Source: an uncultured Gemmatimonadaceae bacterium | GTDB lineage: Bacteria; Gemmatimonadota; Gemmatimonadetes; Gemmatimonadales; Gemmatimonadaceae | Assembly: GCA_963781585.1 (NCBI GenBank) | Contig: CAWAGQ010000006.1 | Span: forward strand, 438,084-502,083 | Direction: 5' to 3' | Length of the DNA stretch: 64,000 nucleotides | Shown: piece by piece, positions 1-9,730 of the stretch | How the letters are laid out: each line of letters begins with the position of its first letter | Position numbering within the stretch: the first letter of the stretch is position 1 | Translations under genes and position numbers: made by a program | Notes under the pieces: generated by a model | What the model was told of the DNA's origin: nothing | Seen by the model: the letters and a program-made list of their open reading frames with translations, nothing else | Databases searched by the model: none

Positions 1-380
1 CCCTCCGACGGGAAGTGCATGATGTAATCGTGCCCTCCCGAGAGCGTGTGGCCCGCTCCATCTACGTTCGTCTTCCAGTACATCGCCTCTTGCGGCCCGC
101 TTATCGGGCCGGGAAATATTCGGGTGCGCGCGGCCCGCATGAACATGCCGTTGCGCGACAGGCCGCACCCAAACGCGGTGACCCAGCCATTGATTCTCGC
201 AAACTTGATCGTTGCGACAATCTCAATCGTGACAACCGCCAGCCCGAACCCGACGAAGAAGCCTTGTATTAGAGCATTGCGCAGAGTCAGTGAATCGGCA
301 AAGAGGAACCGTTTGATGACGACATAGCTGCATACTGCGCCGATAAGCGTAATGAAACGTTTGTACGTTCTGTCGCTCAT
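1..380 (-). CDS. DUF1214-like domain membrane protein, 3'-truncated by the window edge
   Basis: Not in the ORF track. Manual translation from ATG at 380 (purine-rich AGGAAACAGG upstream) gives MSDRTYKRFITLIGAVCSYVV...PQEAMYWKTNVDGAGHTLSGGHDYIMHFP. The EAxY..T.VD..G..L.G...Y..HFP pattern resembles DUF1214. Confidence 0.65.
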   Translation of the reverse strand, partial: MSDRTYKRFITLIGAVCSYVVIKRFLFADSLTLRNALIQGFFVGFGLAVVTIEIVATIKFARINGWVTAFGCGLSRNGMFMRAARTRIFPGPISGPQEAMYWKTNVDGAGHTLSGGHDYIMHFPSE

Positions 381-475
381 CCTGTTTCCTTGACTGCGAC
401 CACGTTGGCTTCGCGAACAGGATACCTTCACCGCTATCGCGGTGGCCTGGAGCTCAATCAACGTGATAGTCAGAA

Positions 476-624
476 GACTGCGAGCTCATCGCAACCCGGT
501 ACTGCCGCCCTCCTGATAACTTCCTCACAACGCCCCGCGCCGCAAGGTTGTAACCGGCGGCGCGGCGGCAGCCGGCGGTTGGACCGCGAGCGCTTCGCAA
601 CCCAGTCTGCACGTCGAGGGATTT
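476..624. repeat. ~150-bp dispersed intergenic repeat, copy 1
   Basis: Colinear similarity to 16406-16556, with shared blocks catcgcaacccggtac, taacttc, gccgcaag, cgcggcggc, ttggac, tcgcaacc and tcgagggattt. Confidence 0.8.
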
Positions 625-806
625 CGCGCCGAGCGCCGCGGACGGAGCACCAGGGTCGCACTGACCCGTTGATCTGGTCGGGAAGGTGATGCAGGTTCAC
701 TCGGACCAGGGATCGAGCGCCACACCGGGCGGTGGCCGTCCTGGATCGAACGTGGCCAAGCGGATCCGCCTAGGCCGATTGAATCCCTCGCCCCGCGGAG
801 GTCGAG

Positions 807-1277
807 ATGCGTGGCATTCCTGTTGTCTCCCTGGCGGTCGTTTGCTCTCTCACCGCTCCACCGCTCAGTGCTCAGGCATCCCCTTCCGTGGATGCCTGCC
901 CGCTGGTCACCGCGGCGGAGGTCAGCGCGGTCCTCGGTATCACGTCACTGCCCGGCCGGCCTTTCCTCGGCAGTCACGTAACCTGCTACTTCGCGGCCGA
1001 TACCGGCTACGCTACGACGCCGTCAGTCAGCGTGAATGTGATGACGCCCGAGATGTTTCATAATCAGGGGCAGATGGGCGGTCCGCTGGCGTCGCATCCG
1101 CTGACGGGGTTGGGCGACGAGGCCTTCTATATCAGTTCCGGGAACTATACCAAGGTGAGCGTCCTCAAGGGCGGGCGCGCATGCAGCGTGACGATCGTTC
1201 CGGGTGGGAAGGTGAAAGCCGCCCAGGTGCTGGACATGGAAAAATCGCTGGCGCAGAAGGCAGTGGCGCGGCTGTAG
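807..1277 (+). CDS. Secreted hypothetical protein
   Basis: GGAGG RBS, Sec signal peptide (..PPLSA/QAS), DACPLVTAAEVSAVLG and GLGDEAF motifs typical of small secreted proteins. Confidence 0.75.
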   Translation: MRGIPVVSLAVVCSLTAPPLSAQASPSVDACPLVTAAEVSAVLGITSLPGRPFLGSHVTCYFAADTGYATTPSVSVNVMTPEMFHNQGQMGGPLASHPLTGLGDEAFYISSGNYTKVSVLKGGRACSVTIVPGGKVKAAQVLDMEKSLAQKAVARL

Positions 1278-1409
1278 CGACGAGGATGAGCGGGGCGCGA
1301 TCGTAACATGGCGGCGATGGAACCGTCCACTTCAGCCACCGATGATTCGCGCGCCCAATGAACGCGCCGCACAGTCCAGAGACCGTGCGGCGCGCGGTGC
1401 ATCCGTCGG

Positions 1410-4400
1410 TCAGAAGTAGTACTTCAGTCCGACCTGCGCCTGGAACTGGAGCAGCAGGTTGGTCCCCGTGATCCCCAGCGATCCGAAGGTCGTGGGCACG
1501 CTGTAGAGGATCTTCCCGCTCGCCGCGTCGAAGCTGTTCGGCGTCAGCAGGTCGCGGCTCGCACCGAAGACGCCCATGTAGCGCCCCCACTTGCTGTTCA
1601 AGCCATTCAGCACGTTGAACAGGTTCACCTGAAGCTCGGCGCGCTGCGCCCCCGTCGTGGTGATGGATTTCGCGAGCTGGATGTCCATCCGGTTGAACCA
1701 GGGGAGGGTGCACGTGTTTCGCTGGATGATCTGCCCCACGTACTTCCCGACGCACGGGTAGGCCTTGAGGTAGCCCGCATAACGATCGCGGATCGCCTGC
1801 GCTTTCGTCGGGTCCGTCTCCGTCAGCGGGAGGTCCGTGGGCGCGAAGATGAACGGCCGGTCATTGAAGTTCGCGCCGTCGCCGTTCAGGTCGCCGCCCT
1901 GCTCGGGTCCCCACCGGTTCCCCGACTGGAAGCGCCAGAGCCCGCTCACGCGGATGTCCCACGGCAGCTGCGCGTTGCCCGAGATGACGATGACGTGGTT
2001 ACGCACCGTCGCCGACGGTCCCCACGCCTTGTCGGTCGCGCCGACGCCGCCGATGTCGTTCGGCCCGTACGCACCGACCGTCGGATTGGTGAAGCCTTCC
2101 TTCGCCGTGCAGCAGGAATAGGATGAGTTGTCATACGCCCGCGTGTACGTGTATGACACCCGCACCTGCGAGCCGCCACGGAAGATGCGCGTCAGTTCCG
2201 CCGTGCCCGCCAACGACTGCGACTGGCCGTCGTTGTAGTTGGCGTAGATCTGGGCGAAATCGATGTTGAGCTCCGCATTCGGTGCCGTCGACGTCGCACT
2301 CGACGGGTTGAACACCGCCGCGGGCACGAAGACCTGCCGGTTCCCCTCGTTCGTCAGCGCGAACTGCGCGGGGCGCAGGTTCAGGTTGCGCACCGTGTAC
2401 AGGCGGTACGAGCGCGACCCCACGATGTCGACCGAGAGCTTGGTGTTCCCCGCGAAAAGGCGGTCATACCCGATGTTCGCCTTGAAGCTCTCGGGATACT
2501 GGAAGTTGTCCTTCCAGAAGGTGTACGTCGGCACCCCGGTTCCTGTCTGCCCGCCGGCGCAGGTGACCGGGTCGTTTTCCCCACCGGTGCTCCAGGAGGA
2601 GAACCCCGACACCGACGGCGGCGCGTCCGGGGCTCCGGTCGCGCTCGACCCGGCGCACGTGAGGCTCAGCACCGGGTGCACCGAGCTCGTCACGTTCCCG
2701 CCCACCACGTAAGGCAGCCGGCCGTAGAAGTACCCCATGCCGAAGCGCGCCACCGACCGCCCGTCGCCGTTCACGTCGTACGCCAGCGCGAGCCGCGGCG
2801 AGACGTTGTTCTTGTCGGTCGGCGCGTTGCCGGATTTCACGCCGAACGCGCGCTCGGCGTCGATCACCCGCTGCGGATTGTTGAGGAACGACTCGACGTC
2901 GTAGCGGACGCCGAGCGTCGCCGTGAGCTTCGGCGTCGGGCGCCACTCGTCCTGTGCGTAGACGGCGTACTCGCCGACGTTGAACTTCGAGAGTGGCACC
3001 GTGCCATCGATCGTCTCGCTGCGCGTGAAGGACGACGGCTTCCTGGCCGCGAAGTCGGCCAGCGACGCGAAGGTGTACGCGCCCGTCGTGTTGTCGATCG
3101 ATCCGGTCGGCCCGATGAACGAGTTCTTGAGGTGCGAGTAGATGCCGCTCCCCCCGAACTTGAACGTGTGCCGCCCGGCCTCGAGCGTGAAGTTGTCGAT
3201 CAGCTGGAGCTTCCGCTCCAGCAGGTCGTTGTTCAGCGAGACGAACGTGCCGCCGTAGCCGGCGCTCTGGCCGCCGCCGATGTTCGTCACGAACAGCGAG
3301 GGCCGCAGGTCGTGCCCGTTGCGCGGCCGGTCCTCGTCGGAGAACTGGAAGCGGAGCACGTTGAACGACCTCGCCCCCGTCACCGACTGGAGCTCGCCCA
3401 CCAGCGACGACGACCGGTCGCCCAGGTTCTCCGCGCGCGCCTGCCCGTACGAGAAGTCGAAGCTCGGACTGAACAGGTTGTCGTTGTGGTGGTTCGCGTA
3501 GTTCTCCCGCAGCGAGAAGCGGTTGTTGCGATCGAGGTTCCAGTCGAGGCGGCCGAACAGCGTGATCACGTCGTTGGTCGTCTGGAAGTTGGAGTACTTC
3601 GCGGCCGCGTCGCCGACGCCGTAGGTGCTCTGGAGGATGTCGATGAACTGTTGCAGGTTGTGTGCGCCCTCGGTATCCGGCGCCGGGTTGCCGTTGGCGT
3701 CCAGCTTGGAGAGGAAGTAGTCCGGGCGCAGCGGCAGCTGCGGTTCCCGGCGCCGCTGGCCGTCGAGCGAGACGAGGAAGAACGCCTTGTCACGCTTGAT
3801 CGGCCCCGAGTAGCGGGCCGCGTATTGCGCCGAGCTGAAGTCGATCGCGGGCTTGCCGGCGAAGTCCTTCGCCGCGAACTGATTGCCGCTGTAGTTCGCG
3901 TACGCAGTCCCCTCAAACGCGTTCGTGCCGCCGCGAGTCACCACGTTGACCACGCCGCCCGTGTAGTTCCCGTACTCGACGTCGAAACCATTGGTGATGA
4001 TCTGGAACTCGCGGATCGATTCCAGCGAAAACTCGAACGGGATGCGCGAGCCGCCGCGGTTCTCGCCGAAGAAGGAGTTGTTGGCGTCGACGCCGTCGAT
4101 CTGGACGTTGGTCTGCGACGGACGCAGCCCGGCGATCGAGAACTGGCCACCGGTCGTCTTCTCGGGATTCGGGTCGACGAGGCCGGACAGGTTGATGAAG
4201 TCCGTGAAGTCACGGCCAAGCGACGGCAGCGTCTCGATCTCCTTCTGCGACACGCTCTGTGCCACCGAGGCATCGGTGACGTCGATCTCCGGCCGCGCAT
4301 TCGCCTGCACCTGCACCCCCTGCAGCGCGACGGCCTGCTGCGCCATCGCGAAGTTCACCGTCGCCGTCTGCCCCACGATGACCGTGATGTTGCGCTGCGA

Positions 4401-4685
4401 ATCCGCGGCGAACCCGATCATCCGCGCCTGGACCGTGTACGTCCCCGGCGGCAGCAGAACGAGGGTGTACTGCCCGTCGCCGTTGGAGTGCGCGGAACGT
4501 TCGAAGCCCGTGTTGATGTTGCGACCCGTGATCGTCGCATTCTCCAGCGGCGCGCCGCCCGGCCCCGTGATGAGCCCACGGATCGCGCCGGTCGTCGTGG
4601 CGTTCTGCGCCCCGACCGGGGCCGCGGCCAGCAGGGTCGCGACCATCAGCGCGGCCAGGCCGCCCATCGGCTGCCGGCTCGTCAT
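1410..4685 (-). CDS. TonB-dependent receptor (Oar-like) with N-terminal carboxypeptidase-regulatory-like domain
   Basis: Signal peptide, GAIRGLITGPGGAPL..ATIT N-domain, plug motif IDGVDAN..EFQIITNGFDVEYGNYTGGVVNVVTRGGTN, YAQDEWR, C-terminal aromatic QVGLKYYF. Start placed at the ATGA overlap with the upstream stop. Confidence 0.92.
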   Translation of the reverse strand: MTSRQPMGGLAALMVATLLAAAPVGAQNATTTGAIRGLITGPGGAPLENATITGRNINTGFERSAHSNGDGQYTLVLLPPGTYTVQARMIGFAADSQRNITVIVGQTATVNFAMAQQAVALQGVQVQANARPEIDVTDASVAQSVSQKEIETLPSLGRDFTDFINLSGLVDPNPEKTTGGQFSIAGLRPSQTNVQIDGVDANNSFFGENRGGSRIPFEFSLESIREFQIITNGFDVEYGNYTGGVVNVVTRGGTNAFEGTAYANYSGNQFAAKDFAGKPAIDFSSAQYAARYSGPIKRDKAFFLVSLDGQRRREPQLPLRPDYFLSKLDANGNPAPDTEGAHNLQQFIDILQSTYGVGDAAAKYSNFQTTNDVITLFGRLDWNLDRNNRFSLRENYANHHNDNLFSPSFDFSYGQARAENLGDRSSSLVGELQSVTGARSFNVLRFQFSDEDRPRNGHDLRPSLFVTNIGGGQSAGYGGTFVSLNNDLLERKLQLIDNFTLEAGRHTFKFGGSGIYSHLKNSFIGPTGSIDNTTGAYTFASLADFAARKPSSFTRSETIDGTVPLSKFNVGEYAVYAQDEWRPTPKLTATLGVRYDVESFLNNPQRVIDAERAFGVKSGNAPTDKNNVSPRLALAYDVNGDGRSVARFGMGYFYGRLPYVVGGNVTSSVHPVLSLTCAGSSATGAPDAPPSVSGFSSWSTGGENDPVTCAGGQTGTGVPTYTFWKDNFQYPESFKANIGYDRLFAGNTKLSVDIVGSRSYRLYTVRNLNLRPAQFALTNEGNRQVFVPAAVFNPSSATSTAPNAELNIDFAQIYANYNDGQSQSLAGTAELTRIFRGGSQVRVSYTYTRAYDNSSYSCCTAKEGFTNPTVGAYGPNDIGGVGATDKAWGPSATVRNHVIVISGNAQLPWDIRVSGLWRFQSGNRWGPEQGGDLNGDGANFNDRPFIFAPTDLPLTETDPTKAQAIRDRYAGYLKAYPCVGKYVGQIIQRNTCTLPWFNRMDIQLAKSITTTGAQRAELQVNLFNVLNGLNSKWGRYMGVFGASRDLLTPNSFDAASGKILYSVPTTFGSLGITGTNLLLQFQAQVGLKYYF

Positions 4686-5734
4686 GGACATGCCACCTCC
4701 GTCGCCTCGCTCAGCGAGCGCGGGAACAGCTCGACGGGCGGGTTCGTGAACGCTTTCAGGATGCCGGTCCAGTCGTAGCACTTCCCGGCGGTGAAGGTCG
4801 TCTTGAGCGTGGTCGTGTCGGCCACCACGTGACTGTCGAAGCGCACCGCCACGGCACCGCTGCCGTCGTCGACCACCGCGTTGCGGCCGCCGCCCGTCGT
4901 GAAGACGTCGAGCAGCTTGCCGGCCTTGATCCGGATCAGCCGCCCCTGGAGGTTCGCGTGAATGTCGCTTCCCGCGTCCGCCGCGTCCTTGGACGTGACG
5001 TCCGCCGGCGCGAGCGGCGTGCCGGACTGGACCGAGTTGACCGTCACCGGGCTCAGCTCGAACTCGTTGTTGAACGCCGCCAGCGTCGCCGACACCTCGA
5101 TCACGTCGCCGATCTGGAACGACGGTCCGGTCGGGCTGAACAGCTCGACGCCACCCGTCTCGTCCTCGATGTACGCCTGCCCCGTCGAGATCTGGTTCAC
5201 CGTCGACGTCACCGTGCCGCGCACCGTGATGCGCGCGCCGAGCGACTGTTGCTCGGCGGCGGCAATGGTGATCACGCATCCCGTGCGCCCATCGAGCGTC
5301 ACGAACTGCGTCTCCGAGATATAGATGCTGACCGACTTCGGGTTCTCGCAGAACGACACCACCGAGCCCATGCCGGTGGTGTCGACCCTGAGCCAGTGGG
5401 TGCCCGCAGGGAGGTCGGAGACGTCGAAGCGGCCGTCCACGCCGGAGTGGACGTCGCCACCCGCGAGTGCCGCCGACGTCCCGCGCACCTGCACGATCAG
5501 GTGCACGTTCGCCATGGCGCTGTCGCCCGCCGACGGATCGTAGAGACCGTTCTGGTCACGGTCCAGGAAGACGATCCCGTCCAGGCCACCGGTGCCGCTC
5601 ACCGTGAACGGGCGCGCCGGCTTGATCGAGCACCCGGATGCGGTGCCCAGCGCCGCGAGCGCGATGCACGTCAGGATCAGCGGCCCGCGCCTCGCGCGCG
5701 ACGGTCCGGATCCGGAGAGAGTCTGGTACCTCAT
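4682..5734 (-). CDS. Lipoprotein with SdrD-B-like domain and one tandem OB-fold module (putative nucleic-acid binding)
   Basis: Lipobox TASGC, GIVFLDRDQNGLYD (SdrD-B-like), TIAAAE..ITVRGTVT..AYIEDETGGV..GDVIEV..FNNEFEL and ELFPRS resembling YhcR/ExeM N-terminal OB folds. Confidence 0.7.
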   Translation of the reverse strand: MRYQTLSGSGPSRARRGPLILTCIALAALGTASGCSIKPARPFTVSGTGGLDGIVFLDRDQNGLYDPSAGDSAMANVHLIVQVRGTSAALAGGDVHSGVDGRFDVSDLPAGTHWLRVDTTGMGSVVSFCENPKSVSIYISETQFVTLDGRTGCVITIAAAEQQSLGARITVRGTVTSTVNQISTGQAYIEDETGGVELFSPTGPSFQIGDVIEVSATLAAFNNEFELSPVTVNSVQSGTPLAPADVTSKDAADAGSDIHANLQGRLIRIKAGKLLDVFTTGGGRNAVVDDGSGAVAVRFDSHVVADTTTLKTTFTAGKCYDWTGILKAFTNPPVELFPRSLSEATEVACP

Positions 5735-8229
5735 TTCTGCACCACGTCCGATGCACCTCTCGGCTTGAGTTCCGCGGCGCTTGGCGTGCCGAACGGCACC
5801 GCGATACCGGTGATGTCGTAATGCGTCCCCACGGTGAACAGCGACGCCGGCGGCGGGACGTGCCCCGTCGGCGCCGACATGAAGACCGTGAACGACGAGG
5901 CGTCAGGCGCCGTGACGGTGACGCTGTATGTCCCGCTCCCGCTGGGCGTGCCCACCGTGTTGACCGTCACGTCCCGAATCGTCACCAGCTGGCCTTCGTA
6001 CGTTCGTGCGAGGAATTCCGCGCCCGTCACTACGCGCGGAGCCGGCGGCGCCCCGGATCCGAGCTTCGTCACCTTGATCGAATCGGTCGGCGTGATGTTG
6101 TTCGTGATCTCCTTCTCGTTGCTGAACGTCGTCATCTTGCCGTGGACCCGCACGGCGTCACCCGCCATGAGGCCGAGCGCGGCCGGCAGGTTGAAGATCA
6201 GCACGCCCCCCGTCGCATCCTGGATGTACGAGTTGTCCGTGCGGAACGTCCCCTGTCCCGCCGTCACGATCCCTTCCACCGTGACGGTGTCGTTGTTGAC
6301 CGCGCGCGCCGCCGCGATCGTCACCAGGTTCGGGTTGGTGGAGACCACGTCCGCCGGCGAGCGCGGCTTCACTTCGGGCGTGAACGTCGTGCCGTTGGTC
6401 GAGAAGTTGAGCGCCGCGCCCGAGACGTCGTACGTCATCCCGACCTGCCAGAACGTGTTCGTGATCCCGACCGCGGCGTTGTCGATGCGAACCGTCAGAT
6501 CGGTGCCGTCGGGGGCCGTCGCGAGGACGTTGTACGCGCCGCTCCCGCTTGGCGTGCCGACGCTGTTGACCACCAGGCCGGAGAGCCGCACGAACTGCCC
6601 GTCGTAGATCCTCGACGCGAGGTCAGGCCCCGTGACCGTGCGCGGCGACGGCGGGGTCGTCGTGCCGAGCCTCTCGATCAACGGCGGCGTCGAGGCGTTG
6701 AAGCGCGCGATCTCGTACTCGTTGTTGAAGAACGAGACGACGCCGGTGACGCGGATACTGTCTCCCGGCACAAGTACCGTCGCGGTCGGGATGTTGAAGA
6801 TATCGGCGCCGCCTGTCGGGTCGACGATATAGGCGCTCAGGTTCGTCGCCGTCGAGAGCTGGTAGACGCCGGTGCCGGCGTACACCACCCCCTCGACCGT
6901 CACCGTGTCGCCGGCGGCGTGCGTGCGCGCCTGCGCGATCGGGATCGCGACCGTGCCGACGGCCACGTCGGCGCTCGAGCGCGGCTTGAGCTGCGCCGTG
7001 CCGTTGAAGACGCCGTCGAGTCCCGTGACGTTGTACGCGTGCCCGACCTGCCAATACGAGATCGGGATGTCGATGTTGTTGGTGTTGCCGTTCCGGACCT
7101 GGAACCCCTCGGAGGCATTCTGGCCCTGCAGGTTCACGTTATACGACGTGGCGCCGGTGGTGGCCGAGCTCAGGACCGTCGCCCCCTGAACGCTCACGAG
7201 CTGCCCCGCGAACGCTCCCGAAACGAGGTCGGCGATCGAGATCGGCTTGGCATCGGGAACCGGGCCGCTGCCGAGCTTCGTCACGCTCAGGGTTCCGCCG
7301 GAGGGCGCGACCACTTCGAGCTCGCCGTTGAAGACCGACGTGACGCCGATGACGCGCACCGTATCACCGGCCACGGTCCCGATCACCTGCGCGCCGAAGA
7401 CCACGATGCCCGCCGTCTGGTCCTGAACGTAGAGGTTGTTGAAGCTCAGGAATCCGCCGTTGGACGTAGCCACGGCGACGAACGCGACGGTCGTGCCGAC
7501 CGCGCTCGCACGCGACTCGGCCACCGTGGTAAGCAGGTTCCCCGTGAACTGCACCGCGACCGACTGCGTCGCGTTGGCGCCGACGGTTACGGTCCGCACC
7601 GTGCCGCCGACGATATCAATGGTCGGAATCGGCGTGATCACGACCGTATAGGTCCCCGGTCTCAATGTTGCGAACGTGAACTCGCCGCCGCTGCCCGTCG
7701 CCGTCGTCGCCTGAGGCTCCTGGGTCGTGTCGGAGGTGGCAAACAGCCGGACCGTCATGCCGGGCGCCGGGGTGTCGACGCCTGCGTCGTAGGTGCTGTT
7801 CGCGTTGTTGTCGCGGAACAGCAACCCGCTGATGGTGCCGGGCTCGTACACATAGCGGAATTCCGAGCTGACCACGCCACCGCGGAAGGGAACCACGACT
7901 ACCGGTGTCGGAGCACTCGCCAGCAACGCGCCAGCCGGTGCGGTGGCGGACAGGGCGGCACTGTAGCTCCCAGGGTCGACGTCGTCGAAGGTGGCGCTCC
8001 CGTCGCTGCCGAGCGTGGCCTGTCGAGCCGAACCGCCACCGACGGGGGTGAGGGTTACCTGGCCGCTGATCGCGAGGTCGCCGGTCGAGTAGGCGCCGGA
8101 GCCGTCGACATCGACGTACGCGCGCACGGAGACCGTGACGGCCGTGCCGGTTGGAATCTTGTTATCATTGCAGCCGAACATGATGAGTGCGGCCACCGCG
8201 ACGATGGCCGGTCGAGCCCTGCGACGCAT
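5731..8229 (-). CDS. Large lipoprotein with two SdrD-B-like domains and three tandem OB-fold pair modules
   Basis: GGAG RBS before ATG 8229, lipobox IMFGC. Three ~190-aa repeats (TIA.AR...TVTVEG.V..G..YIQD.TGG..GD.VRV.G..F..E.EI...GQLV...YDVTG..KPR...DV). No catalytic nuclease motif recognised. Confidence 0.72.
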   Translation of the reverse strand: MRRRARPAIVAVAALIMFGCNDNKIPTGTAVTVSVRAYVDVDGSGAYSTGDLAISGQVTLTPVGGGSARQATLGSDGSATFDDVDPGSYSAALSATAPAGALLASAPTPVVVVPFRGGVVSSEFRYVYEPGTISGLLFRDNNANSTYDAGVDTPAPGMTVRLFATSDTTQEPQATTATGSGGEFTFATLRPGTYTVVITPIPTIDIVGGTVRTVTVGANATQSVAVQFTGNLLTTVAESRASAVGTTVAFVAVATSNGGFLSFNNLYVQDQTAGIVVFGAQVIGTVAGDTVRVIGVTSVFNGELEVVAPSGGTLSVTKLGSGPVPDAKPISIADLVSGAFAGQLVSVQGATVLSSATTGATSYNVNLQGQNASEGFQVRNGNTNNIDIPISYWQVGHAYNVTGLDGVFNGTAQLKPRSSADVAVGTVAIPIAQARTHAAGDTVTVEGVVYAGTGVYQLSTATNLSAYIVDPTGGADIFNIPTATVLVPGDSIRVTGVVSFFNNEYEIARFNASTPPLIERLGTTTPPSPRTVTGPDLASRIYDGQFVRLSGLVVNSVGTPSGSGAYNVLATAPDGTDLTVRIDNAAVGITNTFWQVGMTYDVSGAALNFSTNGTTFTPEVKPRSPADVVSTNPNLVTIAAARAVNNDTVTVEGIVTAGQGTFRTDNSYIQDATGGVLIFNLPAALGLMAGDAVRVHGKMTTFSNEKEITNNITPTDSIKVTKLGSGAPPAPRVVTGAEFLARTYEGQLVTIRDVTVNTVGTPSGSGTYSVTVTAPDASSFTVFMSAPTGHVPPPASLFTVGTHYDITGIAVPFGTPSAAELKPRGASDVVQK

Positions 8230-8389
8230 CACGGCTCCTGCCTTGCGGATCATGGACGGGTTGCGAATCGAAGTCTTTCGGGCGAACGCGAGCCTAGATC
8301 CCACGGCAATGACTGTCAAGATGTCACCGCCGGGCGACCGCATCGTTCCCCGTTCGTTACCACGCGGATAAACCGAGGCTGAAGGCAAG

Positions 8390-9610
8390 GTGACGCTCCG
8401 TCAGTCCGTCACATTCGCGCTGCTGGTCGCCTTCGGCGTGTCCGCCTGCTCGCCCGGCGACAAGGCCACCGGCCCCCTGACCGCGCCCGTCATTTCGATT
8501 GCGGGTGTCACCGAGGGCGCGACCTACTCGGTTCCTGTGACGATTCACATCGATACCGACGTGGGATCGTGGGAGGCTACGCTCGACGGACAGCCGTTCA
8601 CGTCTGGCGGTACCGTGCAGACCCCCGGGGACCACACGCTGTCGGTGACGGCGCACCTCTCGCTCGCCGTCGCAACTGTCGTCGTGCACTTCAGGATCCA
8701 GCCTCCAGCGGGCGGGGAACTGATCATCCGGATGTTCGACCTTGGGCCGAATGAGTTCGGCGGGGGTGGGGACGCCATCCTGATCACCGACTCCACCTCG
8801 GCGGGCATGGTGAGCGCCATGGTGGATGCCGGGCCGGCGGGCGCCGATGCGAGTGATCCCGGCTTGGTCTCGCGCCAGCTCGCGCAGCTCCACATCGACA
8901 CGCTCGCGATCCTGCTGCTCACCCACGCCCACGGCGACCACTATGGCGGCATGGGGCCGATTCTCTCGAGCGTGCACGTGAAGCGGTTCCTGTACAACGG
9001 ACAGATTCGCAGCCTGTCGTCCTACACGAGCGTGATCTCCCAGGCCGGCCTCGTCGCCGACAGCACCATCGTCGTCACGGCGACGCGCGACTACGACCTG
9101 GGATACGCGGCAACTCCCTCACACCTGAAAGTCCTCCCGCCGCTCGCGACGCACCTGGCCGAGGACACCGACGATGGCACTCTGCTGAACGACGGCTCGG
9201 TGGGGGCGCGTCTCTCACTCGGCACGTTCTCGATGTTCCTCACCGGAGACAGCGAGGTCGCCGCGACGGAGCGCTGGCGCGCACAGTTCACGAGCCTCGT
9301 CCAGAACATCACCGTGCTGAAGGTCGGCCACCATGGTGCGAACAACGCCATCTTCGACAACGGCGTGAGCGGGACGTCGTCCTGGCTCGCGGTGACCGCA
9401 CCGCGGGTGTCGATCATCTCGGGGAACGGCACCACCCATCCGCGTATCAACGCGCTCAACAAGCTCCTGGGACAGCCCGGAAACCGGACGTACTGCACCA
9501 ACGTGCACGGGAACATCACAATCCGCGTGGCGCGCGATGGCAGTTACCGTGTGAGCGTGGCGAAGAACGCCGACCAGGACTGCGTGCCGGGGAGCGACGC
9601 GACGACCTGA
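8390..9610 (+). CDS. ComEC/Rec2-type metallo-beta-lactamase-fold hydrolase lipoprotein (putative nuclease)
   Basis: Lipobox VSAC, GDAILI, VDAG, LTHAHGDHYGG (HxHxDH), N..S, FLTGD, LKVGHHG and HP motifs. Lacks the ComEC membrane channel domain. Confidence 0.8.
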   Translation: MTLRQSVTFALLVAFGVSACSPGDKATGPLTAPVISIAGVTEGATYSVPVTIHIDTDVGSWEATLDGQPFTSGGTVQTPGDHTLSVTAHLSLAVATVVVHFRIQPPAGGELIIRMFDLGPNEFGGGGDAILITDSTSAGMVSAMVDAGPAGADASDPGLVSRQLAQLHIDTLAILLLTHAHGDHYGGMGPILSSVHVKRFLYNGQIRSLSSYTSVISQAGLVADSTIVVTATRDYDLGYAATPSHLKVLPPLATHLAEDTDDGTLLNDGSVGARLSLGTFSMFLTGDSEVAATERWRAQFTSLVQNITVLKVGHHGANNAIFDNGVSGTSSWLAVTAPRVSIISGNGTTHPRINALNKLLGQPGNRTYCTNVHGNITIRVARDGSYRVSVAKNADQDCVPGSDATT

Positions 9611-9617
9611 TGGGTCA

Positions 9618-9730
9618 GTGCCACGCGGTGTCGTGCGCCCGACGACCACCGCGCCGAACGACCTCTGGATCGCAGACTTCAACCGGAGCGTATCGCACCA
9701 CACGCTGCCACGAAACGCAACACCCCCGCG
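9618..9730 (+). mobile_element. Possible internally deleted IS481-family transposase remnant
   Basis: Translation RGVVRPTTTAPNDLWIADFNRSVSHHTLPRNATP joins a PNxLWxADF start-of-DDE-core motif to an N...H..L....TP end-of-core-like motif. Confidence 0.4.

Noticed and set aside
4686..5279. N-terminal extensions of ORF-track calls (TBDR to 5279, GT71 to 43414, protease to 37943, Ku from 52457, DoxX from 21024)
   Set aside because: They overlap neighbouring genes. Starts were reassigned using RBS positions and stop/start overlaps.
8390..9610. comEC competence gene
   Set aside because: Only the MBL domain on a lipoprotein is present; there is no multi-TM competence channel domain, so the symbol was not assigned.
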